64,000 nt of DNA from positions 3,267 to 67,266 of the IMG/VR virus record IMGVR_UViG_3300042353_000076; one strand, given 5' to 3'. The translations under genes and the position numbers were made by a program. This document shows positions 38,069 to 47,038 of the stretch, piece by piece. The notes beneath the pieces were generated by a model. That model was given only the letters and a program-made list of their open reading frames with translations. It was not told where the DNA came from and ran no database searches. This DNA comes from a virus. Position 1 is the first letter of the stretch. The number at the start of each line of letters is the position of its first letter.

Positions 38069-38305
38069 ATGAATACTGAAACTAATACCGAGACTGAAAC
38101 AAAGGAACAAGTTCCTGCTATCCGTACCGATAGTGTTGTTGCGTATCTTAGTCAGCTTTCGGCTGGCTTAAGTCAGCTCGCATCTGGCATGAATACTATT
38201 GTAATGGATTTGAATATGCAAGTTGACAATATCAACGCATCATTAAAGAAGGAAACTACGAATGAACAAGAGCAAGTTAAAGAAGATGCCACAGTTTGTA
38301 ACTGA
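38069..38305 (+). CDS. Hypothetical protein
   Basis: 78 aa; strong AAGGAGG RBS. Confidence 0.6.
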   Translation: MNTETNTETETKEQVPAIRTDSVVAYLSQLSAGLSQLASGMNTIVMDLNMQVDNINASLKKETTNEQEQVKEDATVCN

Positions 38306-38804
38306 AGTAGTCGAAGTTAAGTGGAGCAATCTACTTAAGCCAGACATTGCTTTCGGTGAGGCATCTGCCAACCATAACATTACTGTTGTCTTAGACAAGA
38401 CACTTGATAAAGTTCTCAAGGATATCCTTAAGAAGTCAGGTGCTACTAAGATCAATGGTATCATGGAGAAGGATGGATTGCGTACCTTCAAGGCTAAGAG
38501 CCGAGTACATGTTGAGGAAGGTAAGTTCCCTTGTGTTGATTCACAGGCTACCCCAACCGATACCGTACCGTTTGGTGGAGATAAGGTAAGACTTAAGCTT
38601 TCACCATGTGTTATCACACGAGACAATAGTCTTAGTGTGTACTTAAATGGCATTCAGATCATTGAGAAGAATGCCAACAACATTACAGGTGGTTCAGGTT
38701 TTGATGCAGTAGATGGGGGCTTCGTGTCAACCGCTGCTCCAACTAAGTCTGCACCAGCACTTGTTAATGTTGAGGAAACAGAGGATGAAGATCTCCCATT
38801 CTAA
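38262..38804 (+). CDS. Single-stranded DNA-binding protein (gp2.5-like)
   Basis: L.KPD..F, +S+YL..+Q+IE OB-fold pattern and acidic tail ending EDEDLPF. Confidence 0.85.
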   Translation: MNKSKLKKMPQFVTEVVEVKWSNLLKPDIAFGEASANHNITVVLDKTLDKVLKDILKKSGATKINGIMEKDGLRTFKAKSRVHVEEGKFPCVDSQATPTDTVPFGGDKVRLKLSPCVITRDNSLSVYLNGIQIIEKNANNITGGSGFDAVDGGFVSTAAPTKSAPALVNVEETEDEDLPF

Positions 38805-39177
38805 TCAATGGAGATTTAATCTGAATCCAGTTGCCGCATCAAGACCTAGGGTCGGTAAATGGGGAGCGTATTACACAGGTACTTATAAAGAGTTCAGAGA
38901 GAAAGCAGCAGAGGTAGTATGGGATATACTAGGCACAGACCTAGTACCCCTTACTGGTTCTCTTGCTGTTGACATTGAACTCTATGTTAAGAAGCCTAAG
39001 TCTACTGAGTTAGATGCTCCTCGCCCTGATATTGATAACTTTGCTAAAGCTATACTTGATACAATGAACAAGAAGGTTTGGGAAGATGACTCTCAAATCA
39101 TTTCCCTAAATGTAACAAAGCAATGGGCAGCAACAGGTGAAGATGGTTACTTCACTCTGTCAGTAAGCAACCTATAA
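38785..39177 (+). CDS. rusA: RusA-family Holliday junction resolvase
   Basis: PVAASRPR, RPDIDNFAKAILD and WEDDSQI motifs. Probable ATG at 38785 (GAGG ~9 nt upstream). Confidence 0.88.
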   Translation: MKISHSNQWRFNLNPVAASRPRVGKWGAYYTGTYKEFREKAAEVVWDILGTDLVPLTGSLAVDIELYVKKPKSTELDAPRPDIDNFAKAILDTMNKKVWEDDSQIISLNVTKQWAATGEDGYFTLSVSNL

Positions 39178-39262
39178 CTGGTGTATTGATCGGTCTTAGT
39201 CCAAGCAGTCCGGCACTTGTTGACTGAGATAGATCCGTTGACTTTATTGTCACCACCATAGG

Positions 39263-39294
39263 AAGGAAGGGGGAGAAATCCCCCTTCCTTTTTT
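39263..39294 (+). terminator. Intrinsic terminator
   Basis: AAGGAAGGGGGA-GAAA-TCCCCCTTCCTT followed by TTTT. Confidence 0.85.
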
Positions 39295-39326
39295 CTAAGT
39301 AAAACACTTATCGGAGAAACAAAAGT

Positions 39327-39986
39327 ATGATATACGAAGAGATGTCCGTAAAACACTTACTCAAAATGGGTAGTGATAATACCGTAGTAGATGCTGCTCG
39401 TGTTTCTTTCGCTAAGGAAGCAGCCAACTACACTGAGCTACAGAATATAAAGCTTATTACTTATCTCGCTAAGCATAAGCATTGGAGTCCGTTTGCCCAT
39501 TGTACCCTGCAGTTCCATATTAAGGCTCCGATCTTTGTTGCAAGGCAGCTAGCCAAGCATCAGGTTGGCTTTGCATGGAACGAAGTTAGTAGACGGTATG
39601 TAGACTATGAGCCTACCTTCTGGTCACCACAGAGCAACTGGAGGGCAGCAGCAGAGAACAAGAAGCAAGGCTCCTCCTCTGAGTATGTGAAGGATAGCGC
39701 ATTAGTACAACAGTGTTATAATGAATCAATCAAATCTTCTCTCAGTACATACAGGCTCATGCTGTATGAGGGTGTCTGTCCTGAGCAAGCAAGGACAGTA
39801 CTACCACAGTCTATGATGACTGAGTGGTATTGGACTGGCTCCCTCTATGGTTTCAACAGGGTATGTCAGCTCCGTCTTGACCCACACGCACAGGATGAGT
39901 GCCGACAAGTAGCACTAGCAATCTCAGACTGCTGTGCCAAAGCCTTTCCTATATCATGGATGGCATTGAATGGATCACTGGGTTAA
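39327..39986 (+). CDS. thyX: Flavin-dependent thymidylate synthase
   Basis: AARVSF, HWSPF, APIFVARQLAKH, NEVSRRY, EQAR.VLP and LRLDPHAQ.E motifs. Confidence 0.95.
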   Translation: MIYEEMSVKHLLKMGSDNTVVDAARVSFAKEAANYTELQNIKLITYLAKHKHWSPFAHCTLQFHIKAPIFVARQLAKHQVGFAWNEVSRRYVDYEPTFWSPQSNWRAAAENKKQGSSSEYVKDSALVQQCYNESIKSSLSTYRLMLYEGVCPEQARTVLPQSMMTEWYWTGSLYGFNRVCQLRLDPHAQDECRQVALAISDCCAKAFPISWMALNGSLG

Positions 39987-40009
39987 TTGTTGGCTATAGG
40001 TAGTAATAA

Positions 40010-40261
40010 TTGGCAGACATACCCAAAAAGTGTAAAGTATATTTAATGGATAAACTAAATGATTTAAAATTACAGGGTACTTCCCATATGGAAGGAACTT
40101 CTCAACAAGATTTAATCACACTCCTACAAGAGGAACGCGATGCTGCTCGTACTGAACTGCTTGCGTATGATTCCTTGCATGGCAGGATAACACTAAAGCA
40201 AGCAGCTAAACTAAGACAATGGGGATACCTAATAAAGGAGGATTCAATTGGCAAAAGATAA
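40010..40261 (+). CDS. Hypothetical protein
   Basis: Up to 83 aa; the true start is uncertain. Confidence 0.45.
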   Translation: MADIPKKCKVYLMDKLNDLKLQGTSHMEGTSQQDLITLLQEERDAARTELLAYDSLHGRITLKQAAKLRQWGYLIKEDSIGKR

Positions 40262-40406
40262 ACCTTGGCTCAAAGCTAAGAAGCGTGACAAGTCACAGTC
40301 AGGTAAGGGTGATAAGTATCGCCCCGTTGATCGTGAAACTTATGAAAAAAATTATGAAGCTATCTTTGGTAAACCAAAAGAAATAAATAAAGATGAATCT
40401 AAATGA
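40248..40406 (+). CDS. Small basic conserved phage protein
   Basis: TTG start after GGAGG; 52 aa with GKGDKYRP...Y..NY..IF, a pattern common in aquatic phages; not in the ORF track. Confidence 0.55.
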   Translation: MAKDKPWLKAKKRDKSQSGKGDKYRPVDRETYEKNYEAIFGKPKEINKDESK

Positions 40407-40602
40407 ACTGGAAGAACTGGTATATGATCTGGCAGCACTTAGTCACAAGCTTGGTCGTATTGAAACGGATGGTACGACAAGTCAAAACAAGTATGATAAA
40501 TTGGTTGACGAGCGTAACGATATCAAGGCATTAATTAAATCTGGCTTTAATCAAATGTCAGACAACACCACCTTAGGGTGGGGCAAGGGTAAAGATGAGT
40601 GA
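40393..40602 (+). CDS. Hypothetical protein
   Basis: 69-aa helical ORF. Confidence 0.5.
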   Translation: MNLNELEELVYDLAALSHKLGRIETDGTTSQNKYDKLVDERNDIKALIKSGFNQMSDNTTLGWGKGKDE

Positions 40603-40876
40603 ACTAGATGGATGGTTGCAAATGAATTTTCCTGTTGGCTCTTTCATAGTACACTCTGATGCTGCAGGTATTGGTGGTGATGATAGATTATACCTCCGCA
40701 TACAGATGTCTAATAAGAATGTTAACTTTATTGTTTACGAATCTGAGGATCCTAATGGATATCGAACAGATGAAGATCAGGCTATAGCAAGCTTTTGTTT
40801 TAGCCCAGAGTTTCTTATTAAGCTAGCAAAGATCGGATCAATTGATTTAAATGAGTCTATTCCAAAGCAAGACTGA
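40595..40876 (+). CDS. Hypothetical protein
   Basis: 93 aa; overlaps both neighbours. Confidence 0.5.
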   Translation: MSELDGWLQMNFPVGSFIVHSDAAGIGGDDRLYLRIQMSNKNVNFIVYESEDPNGYRTDEDQAIASFCFSPEFLIKLAKIGSIDLNESIPKQD

Positions 40877-42581
40877 GTGTCCACGCTGTGTACAGAATGG
40901 TGCAGATCGTAGTGGTGACAACCTTGCAGTCTATGATGATCATGTGTATTGTTTTAAATGCAAGTATTACCGCTCTTCTAAAGGAACAGAGATGACAGAT
41001 GAACTTACTACAACAACCCCTAAAGAATTTAAAGTGCTCACTGGTTCTTACATTGATCTTGAGGATCGCGGCGTTACGGAAAAGACTTGCCGCATGTATG
41101 GCTATCAGGTAGCCAAGATCAATGGTAAGGAAGTACACATTGCTAACTACTATCAAAGTGGTGAGCTATTAGGACAACACCTTCGTGGTCCTAACAAACA
41201 GTTTGCTTGGCGTGGTAGTGCCAAAGGTTTAGAACTCTTTGGTCAGAACCTATGGAAGGCAGGAGGCAAGCGGCTTATCATTACTGAGGGTGAGATTGAT
41301 TGTATGACAGTCAACCAAGTACTCGGTGGTACATGGGCTGTCGTGTCTATCCCCAATGGTGCTACCTCTGCAGCCAAGTCTATCAAAGAGAATCTTGAGT
41401 TCATTAACTCATACGCTGAAGTTGTCCTATGCTTTGATATGGATGAGGCAGGACAGAAAGCTACTATGGAAGTTGCTGATCTACTTCCTCCGGGTAAGTG
41501 CAAGATTGCTAAGCTTCCGTACAAGGATGCTAGTGAGTGCTACATGAATGCTCAGACCAAGCAATTGGTATCAGCACTATGGGAAGCACAGCAGTATTCT
41601 CCTGATGAGATCATGCACATCTCTAAAGTTATCACAGACTCACAGTCTATGAACCATGCTCGTGTCTATCCCTTCCCTTACGATGGTCTATCAGAGTTCC
41701 TGATTGGTCAGCGTAGTGGAGAGATTACACTATGGGCATCCGGTACTGGGTCTGGTAAGTCTACTATACTTCGTGAGCTTATGATGCATCACTTAGTAGA
41801 GGGTCGTAGTGTTGGGTGTATCATGCTTGAGGAATCTCCACAGGAAACTATGGATGATATGATCAGCTTGATACTTAACAAACCAGTCCGTGCTATTAGA
41901 GCAGGACGAATGATGAATGAATTGCGTACCATGCTTGGCAAGAAACAAATCAACATGGCTATGGTTGATGATCTTACTGATGAGGAATACGCAGCAGCTA
42001 AGGCACAACTGTGTGGCACAAACTTCTATGTGTATGACCACTTAGGTAACAGTGCAATGGCTAATCTGCTGGCTCGTATGGAGTTCATGGCAACCTCCCT
42101 CAAGGTGGATGTTATTGTGCTTGACCATATTACCGCTGCTGCTGCAGGACTTATGAGTATGCAGACTAAGGATGTCGAGGGTGGTAACTCAGAGCGTATC
42201 ATTATTGATACACTCATGAAGGAACTCCGTGCTATTGCTGTGCGTACAGGTGTGCATGTAGACATCGTATCACAACTCAAGAAGAGTGACAAGGCATACG
42301 AAGAGGGTGATCGCATTACCCTGCAAGATCTGCGTGGCTCAGGTGCATTGGCATCTGTACCCAACACAGTCATTGCCTTGGAGAGAGATCGACAGAACAC
42401 AGACGAGAAGATTGCTAACACTACACTAGTGCGTGTACTCAAGAACCGTCTGACTGGTCGAGCAGGTATTGCAAGTACATTATATTATGACCATGTGTCA
42501 GGCAGACTAGAAGAAATTGGATTCGCTATTGCTGAGGATGGCTCAGTAGTGTTTGAACCCGAACAACAACAGGAGTTCTAA
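40851..42581 (+). CDS. DNA primase-helicase (gp4-like)
   Basis: CxxC...CxxC zinc finger, TOPRIM ITEGEIDC / FDMDEAG, Walker A GTGSGKST, LDHI, DLRGSG and KNRLTG. Confidence 0.96.
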   Translation: MSLFQSKTECPRCVQNGADRSGDNLAVYDDHVYCFKCKYYRSSKGTEMTDELTTTTPKEFKVLTGSYIDLEDRGVTEKTCRMYGYQVAKINGKEVHIANYYQSGELLGQHLRGPNKQFAWRGSAKGLELFGQNLWKAGGKRLIITEGEIDCMTVNQVLGGTWAVVSIPNGATSAAKSIKENLEFINSYAEVVLCFDMDEAGQKATMEVADLLPPGKCKIAKLPYKDASECYMNAQTKQLVSALWEAQQYSPDEIMHISKVITDSQSMNHARVYPFPYDGLSEFLIGQRSGEITLWASGTGSGKSTILRELMMHHLVEGRSVGCIMLEESPQETMDDMISLILNKPVRAIRAGRMMNELRTMLGKKQINMAMVDDLTDEEYAAAKAQLCGTNFYVYDHLGNSAMANLLARMEFMATSLKVDVIVLDHITAAAAGLMSMQTKDVEGGNSERIIIDTLMKELRAIAVRTGVHVDIVSQLKKSDKAYEEGDRITLQDLRGSGALASVPNTVIALERDRQNTDEKIANTTLVRVLKNRLTGRAGIASTLYYDHVSGRLEEIGFAIAEDGSVVFEPEQQQEF

Positions 42582-44272
42582 TGAAAGTATGTGTACTTGA
42601 TATTGAAGGAAATGGTTTAGCTGAGTTGATATTAGATTCTAAAGGTAATCCTCACAAGGAAGTTACTCGTGTATTATGTGCAGCCACCAAGATTCCTAAT
42701 CAAGAACCAGTACTTTGGTTAGAACATCAGATGCCTGAGCTTGTAAATTACCTCAAACAATTTGATGTTATTATCGGTCACAACATCTTGGGGTATGACT
42801 ACCCGGTCATGCGTAGACTGTACAACATGACTATGCCTAAGCGTATTGTTGATACACTTATCATCAGCAAGCTAATGCATCCAGACATCAACACCCACCC
42901 ATTCAAAGACAACTCACTTAAGTCATGGGGTATACATCTTAACTTTCCTAAGTCAGAGTATACCTTAGGCTGGACTAGTTACAACCTAGAGATGGGCAAG
43001 TACTGTCAGCAGGACACTCGACTTGGCGAAGCTATCTTCAATAAACAAAAGAGTTTTATATCAGACAACAAAGCTATTGTATCTTTCGAGCATACAGTAT
43101 CTACAATATTAATGGAGCAAGTGTGCAATGGATTTAATTATGACCTTGATGCCGGAGAAGAGTTGTATAAAAACCTTATGCTGGAAAAACTTGGTATCGA
43201 AGATGAAATGCGTCAAGTCTTCCCTGACCGGGTTATCATTAGACATTCGCCCAAGACAGGCAAGAGACTCAAAGACAAAGTAGATACCTTTAATCCCGGT
43301 TCTCGACAACAAATAGCTAACCGTCTTACCGAAAGGTATGGATGGAAACCACAAGAAACTGAGAAGGGAAACCCAAAGGTAGATGAATCCGTGTTGGCTG
43401 TGTTAGACTATCCAGAAGCAAAGACACTCGTAAAGTATTTCAATGCAATCAAGTTAATGGGTATGGTTGAGGACTGGAACAGTCGATCAATCAATAGTCG
43501 AGACAAGCGTATACATGGCAACATCAATCCACAGGGTGCAGCGACAGGTCGTTGTACCCATAGTCAGCCCAACATAGCACAGGTAAGTGGTGACCACAGA
43601 GCAAGAGAACTCTGGCTATGTGATCCCAAGCAGGTGTTAGTTGGTGCTGACTTGTCGGGGCTAGAGCTTCGTATGCTTGCCCACTTCATGGCTAAGTATG
43701 ACAACGGTGAATATGGTAAAGTACTCCTAACAGGAGACATTCATACACACAATCAGAAGGCAGCTGGACTCAGCTCACGAGCATTAGCAAAGTCTTTTAT
43801 CTATGCGTACCTCTATGGTGCGGGTGACAAGAAGATTGCTTTAGTTTGTAGTTGTAGTATTGGTGAGGCTAGAGGATTACGAGAACGCTTTCAGAAAGAA
43901 ATCCCTGCCCTTACTAAGGTACAGGACATGGTAAAGTATGAGGCACTCAAGCACAAGGGTGTGCTCCTGCCTGATGGTAGGCGTGTACCCGTGCGTAGCG
44001 AACACGCTGCCCTCAACACCCTGCTGCAGGGTTCAGGAGCTATCGTAAGCAAGTACTGGATGGTCGAGGCGTTCAAGGCTATCAAGCCCGCAGGAGCCAA
44101 GCAGCTGGCTTATGTGCATGACGAACTACAGTACTCATGTCCGGCAGATACTGCCGATGTATTTGGTAAGGCTGTTACTGCCGCTGCTACGGCAGCAGGT
44201 GAGATGTTAAAGATGAATATTCGTATTGATGCAGAGTACTGCATTGGTAAGTGCTGGGCTGATACACATTAA
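42581..44272 (+). CDS. Family A DNA polymerase (gp5-like)
   Basis: Exo motifs DIEG, GHN...YD, YC.QD; motif A DLSGLELR; motif B RALAKSFIYAYLYG (Tyr at the 762-equivalent site); motif C VHDE. Confidence 0.96.
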   Translation: MKVCVLDIEGNGLAELILDSKGNPHKEVTRVLCAATKIPNQEPVLWLEHQMPELVNYLKQFDVIIGHNILGYDYPVMRRLYNMTMPKRIVDTLIISKLMHPDINTHPFKDNSLKSWGIHLNFPKSEYTLGWTSYNLEMGKYCQQDTRLGEAIFNKQKSFISDNKAIVSFEHTVSTILMEQVCNGFNYDLDAGEELYKNLMLEKLGIEDEMRQVFPDRVIIRHSPKTGKRLKDKVDTFNPGSRQQIANRLTERYGWKPQETEKGNPKVDESVLAVLDYPEAKTLVKYFNAIKLMGMVEDWNSRSINSRDKRIHGNINPQGAATGRCTHSQPNIAQVSGDHRARELWLCDPKQVLVGADLSGLELRMLAHFMAKYDNGEYGKVLLTGDIHTHNQKAAGLSSRALAKSFIYAYLYGAGDKKIALVCSCSIGEARGLRERFQKEIPALTKVQDMVKYEALKHKGVLLPDGRRVPVRSEHAALNTLLQGSGAIVSKYWMVEAFKAIKPAGAKQLAYVHDELQYSCPADTADVFGKAVTAAATAAGEMLKMNIRIDAEYCIGKCWADTH

Positions 44273-44280
44273 GGAGACAC

Positions 44281-44613
44281 ATGTCTAAGTTAGAATTATA
44301 TATTGCTGGTCCTATGAGAGGGTATCCTAACCATAACTTTGAGGCTTTCTATAAGGCTGAGAAGAAGTGGACTAAGAATCCTGTGGTTGGTAAGATCCAC
44401 AATCCCGCTAAGATGGATGAGGATGAGGGGTTTGATCCCTCTACTGTTGAGGATTCATTAGATCATCTTCGTGCTTGCATGAAGCGTGACATTGATGCTA
44501 TCCTTCAATGTACTGGGATGGTAATGCTCTGTGGTTGGGAGCATTCGGAAGGTGCGAGGGTTGAACATTCACTAGCTACATATCTAGGAATGCCGATCTT
44601 CTATGAAAGTTAA
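44281..44613 (+). CDS. DUF4406 / nucleoside 2-deoxyribosyltransferase-fold protein
   Basis: YIAGPM.G...N...F, NPA, D+..+..C and GWE.S.GA..E motifs. Confidence 0.8.
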   Translation: MSKLELYIAGPMRGYPNHNFEAFYKAEKKWTKNPVVGKIHNPAKMDEDEGFDPSTVEDSLDHLRACMKRDIDAILQCTGMVMLCGWEHSEGARVEHSLATYLGMPIFYES

Positions 44614-45106
44614 TGGAAGAATTGTATTCTACAACTTCAAGAAGGTACAAGGGTGGCGATACTATGCCATTCGTTTACTATCTTGGAGCCGTCATACTCA
44701 TGCTCACATTGAGTTTGATCTAAGTATACCATTTGCTTTTGTAGTGGTAGATCGTAAGCCAGTAAAGGTAATGAGACTTGCCAATCTTAAACAACTAAAA
44801 ATAAGCAAGTACTATGAGTTTGATCTAGGATCTATGGACATGAGTGAAGAAGATATTATCTTTGCTTACAAATATAAACCACTCAATAGTTATAAGATGC
44901 TAGTGTATACACTCATAGGTAAACACATTGGTATGAAACAACCAACCAATTGTATTACTTTTATATGTGACTATTTAAAATTCAAAGGTTGGGATACACC
45001 CAATCTGTTCAACCCTAAACAACTATGGGAAAGCTTACATGATAACGATAATGATCGGTGGACAAGCAAGAGTCGGGAAGACAACACTAGCAAAGTGGAT
45101 CAGTGA
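44603..45106 (+). CDS. Hypothetical protein, possible permuted papain/NlpC-P60-like fold
   Basis: S.HTHAHIEF near the N-terminus and NCITFICDYL...P..L near the C-terminus (His before Cys). Confidence 0.45.
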   Translation: MKVNGRIVFYNFKKVQGWRYYAIRLLSWSRHTHAHIEFDLSIPFAFVVVDRKPVKVMRLANLKQLKISKYYEFDLGSMDMSEEDIIFAYKYKPLNSYKMLVYTLIGKHIGMKQPTNCITFICDYLKFKGWDTPNLFNPKQLWESLHDNDNDRWTSKSREDNTSKVDQ

Positions 45107-45779
45107 GTACGCTTATAACAATAAGTATACACCAGTGATTGTTCCCTTTGCTGCTGCCCTTAAGGAAGAGGCGGCTAAGAAGGGATACACTAAGGATACC
45201 AATCAAGAAGAGTATCGTGAGTTCTGTCAGACCCTTGGCTCTACTATGAGAGAACAAGATCCAGACTACTGGGTTAAACAATTCCGTATTAAGATTAAGA
45301 AACTCTATGAGGAAGAACAAGCAGCCCTAAAGGCTGACCCATCTATCTGGCATGAGAAGGTTGTCATTGTAGATGACTGTCGCTATACCAATGAGATTGC
45401 TGCTGCTCGTGACATCCGTGCTCTTACAGTCTTTGTATCAGCAGGTGAGCGTGAACTCCCTGAGGAGTTTGCAGAGTGGAGAACACATGAGTCTGAAGCA
45501 CTAGCAATTGCTATTGAGACAGGCAACAAACAATATGAAGATATGTTTCACTACACTCTAAAGAATGATGAGAGTGAGGCAGCATTCAAAACTAAATGCA
45601 ATACAAAGTTTGATGAATGGTTTCACCTACTCTCCGAATCAATGTTAGATGATTTGTGTAACTGTGAGCTGTGCCTATCCTCAAGAGAAGACAGACTACC
45701 TGATGGAGATACTGTGTTCAAAGAGATCATGGAAATTTTTATAGATAAGGAAGACGATGATAAGCCAACCAAGACCTGA
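45039..45779 (+). CDS. Deoxynucleoside monophosphate kinase-like P-loop kinase
   Basis: GGQARVGKTT, FA..LK, R...Q.LG...R......WV, DDCRY.NE and H.SE motifs. Confidence 0.8.
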   Translation: MITIMIGGQARVGKTTLAKWISEYAYNNKYTPVIVPFAAALKEEAAKKGYTKDTNQEEYREFCQTLGSTMREQDPDYWVKQFRIKIKKLYEEEQAALKADPSIWHEKVVIVDDCRYTNEIAAARDIRALTVFVSAGERELPEEFAEWRTHESEALAIAIETGNKQYEDMFHYTLKNDESEAAFKTKCNTKFDEWFHLLSESMLDDLCNCELCLSSREDRLPDGDTVFKEIMEIFIDKEDDDKPTKT

Positions 45780-46536
45780 TACTGCTGTGCTTGACGGAGA
45801 CATCATTGCCTATCGTGCTGCCTTTTGGGCAGACCAAGAAGGCATTGAGTACCTTGCGGAGCGCATCGAACATGATGTCAAGGCATGGACTCCAGTAGGA
45901 GTAACGAAAGTATATGTGGCTATCTCCTGTGATCGTAAGGATAACTTCCGTAGACAGGTGTGGGAACCATATAAAGCCCATCGGGATGTGAAGAAACAAG
46001 CACCAGATTGTTTATCATATGCTGTTGATTTAATTAAACAGAACGACATACTCTTTGTTCCTACCCTAGAGGCTGATGATATTATGGGACTTATGGCTTC
46101 AGGCAATAAGGCTATTGCCGTAACCATTGACAAGGATCTCCGGTCTGTACCGGGGTGGCATTGGAACCCAGACAAAGAAGTTAAACCTCTGGAACTTGAT
46201 ACTTATACCGCTGACTTTAACTTCCACAAGCAGTGGATCATGGGTGATACGACTGATAATATCCCCGGTATCTGGAAGTGGGGACCTGCCAAGGCAGAGA
46301 AGTGGCTTAAGTATGTCCATCCAAGGAACTGGACAGCCGCCGTATTGGCAGCTTATGACCAAGCTAAGCCTCAGGAAATGGATAGATATGGATATGATTA
46401 CTGTCTCGCTATGGCTAGGTGTGTACGCATCCTTAGACATGGTGAATATAACAAGAAAACTAAGTCCGTACTATTGTTTGACCCAATAGTTGGGGCTACT
46501 AAGAGTGATACTCAAGGGAACACTAATGAACACTGA
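45757..46536 (+). CDS. 5'-3' exonuclease (gp6-like)
   Basis: LDGDII.Y, NFR...YKAHR, LEADD, DKDL and GDTTDNIPG motifs. Confidence 0.93.
   Translation: MISQPRPDTAVLDGDIIAYRAAFWADQEGIEYLAERIEHDVKAWTPVGVTKVYVAISCDRKDNFRRQVWEPYKAHRDVKKQAPDCLSYAVDLIKQNDILFVPTLEADDIMGLMASGNKAIAVTIDKDLRSVPGWHWNPDKEVKPLELDTYTADFNFHKQWIMGDTTDNIPGIWKWGPAKAEKWLKYVHPRNWTAAVLAAYDQAKPQEMDRYGYDYCLAMARCVRILRHGEYNKKTKSVLLFDPIVGATKSDTQGNTNEH
46482..46503 (+). promoter_or_regulatory. Putative phage RNAP promoter, copy 4
   Basis: CCCAATAGTTGGGGCTACTAAG within the 3' end of the exonuclease gene; 20-nt identity with copy 1. Confidence 0.7.
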
Positions 46537-47038
46537 TGTAAACCAATACAACACTGAGTCTATAACTATTGTTAATCCAAACAATTACAATACTTCTACT
46601 TATACCCATACCGATTCTAAGATCCCTATGGTACTCCATGATAGAGACTGTGCTCCAGCCTACCATACCAAGGGTGCAGCCGGGGCTGATCTTAAGATCA
46701 CTACGGACACTACGCTACTCCCCGGAGTAGTAACTAGAGTACCCACAGGGGTTAGCTTAGCTATCCCTGAGGGCTATGTAGGTTTACTCTTTATGAGATC
46801 AGGTCTTTCTAACAAGGGAATCAACTTAGCCAACTCAGTTGGTGTCATTGATTCTGATTATCGTGGTGAGATTTGGTTACCACTTATTAACAATTCAACA
46901 ATAACACACACTCTTAAACGGGGTGATCGTGTTGCACAGATTGCCTTCATGCCCGTTACACAGTTCTCGTTTGTCTCTGTAGATAAACTTCCTAATACTG
47001 TGCGGGGCGAAGGTAAGTTTGGGAGTACAGGAGTCTAA
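46526..47038 (+). CDS. dut: Trimeric dUTPase
   Basis: AAGADL, RSGL, GVIDSDYRGE, GDRVAQ and RGEGKFGSTG motifs; probable ATG at 46526. Confidence 0.95.
   Translation: MNTDVNQYNTESITIVNPNNYNTSTYTHTDSKIPMVLHDRDCAPAYHTKGAAGADLKITTDTTLLPGVVTRVPTGVSLAIPEGYVGLLFMRSGLSNKGINLANSVGVIDSDYRGEIWLPLINNSTITHTLKRGDRVAQIAFMPVTQFSFVSVDKLPNTVRGEGKFGSTGV

Noticed and set aside
39981-40003. Fifth promoter copy (AATTGTTGGCTATAGG)
   Set aside because: It lacks two G residues of the GGGG core and has a further mismatch; too degenerate to call without a matrix scan.
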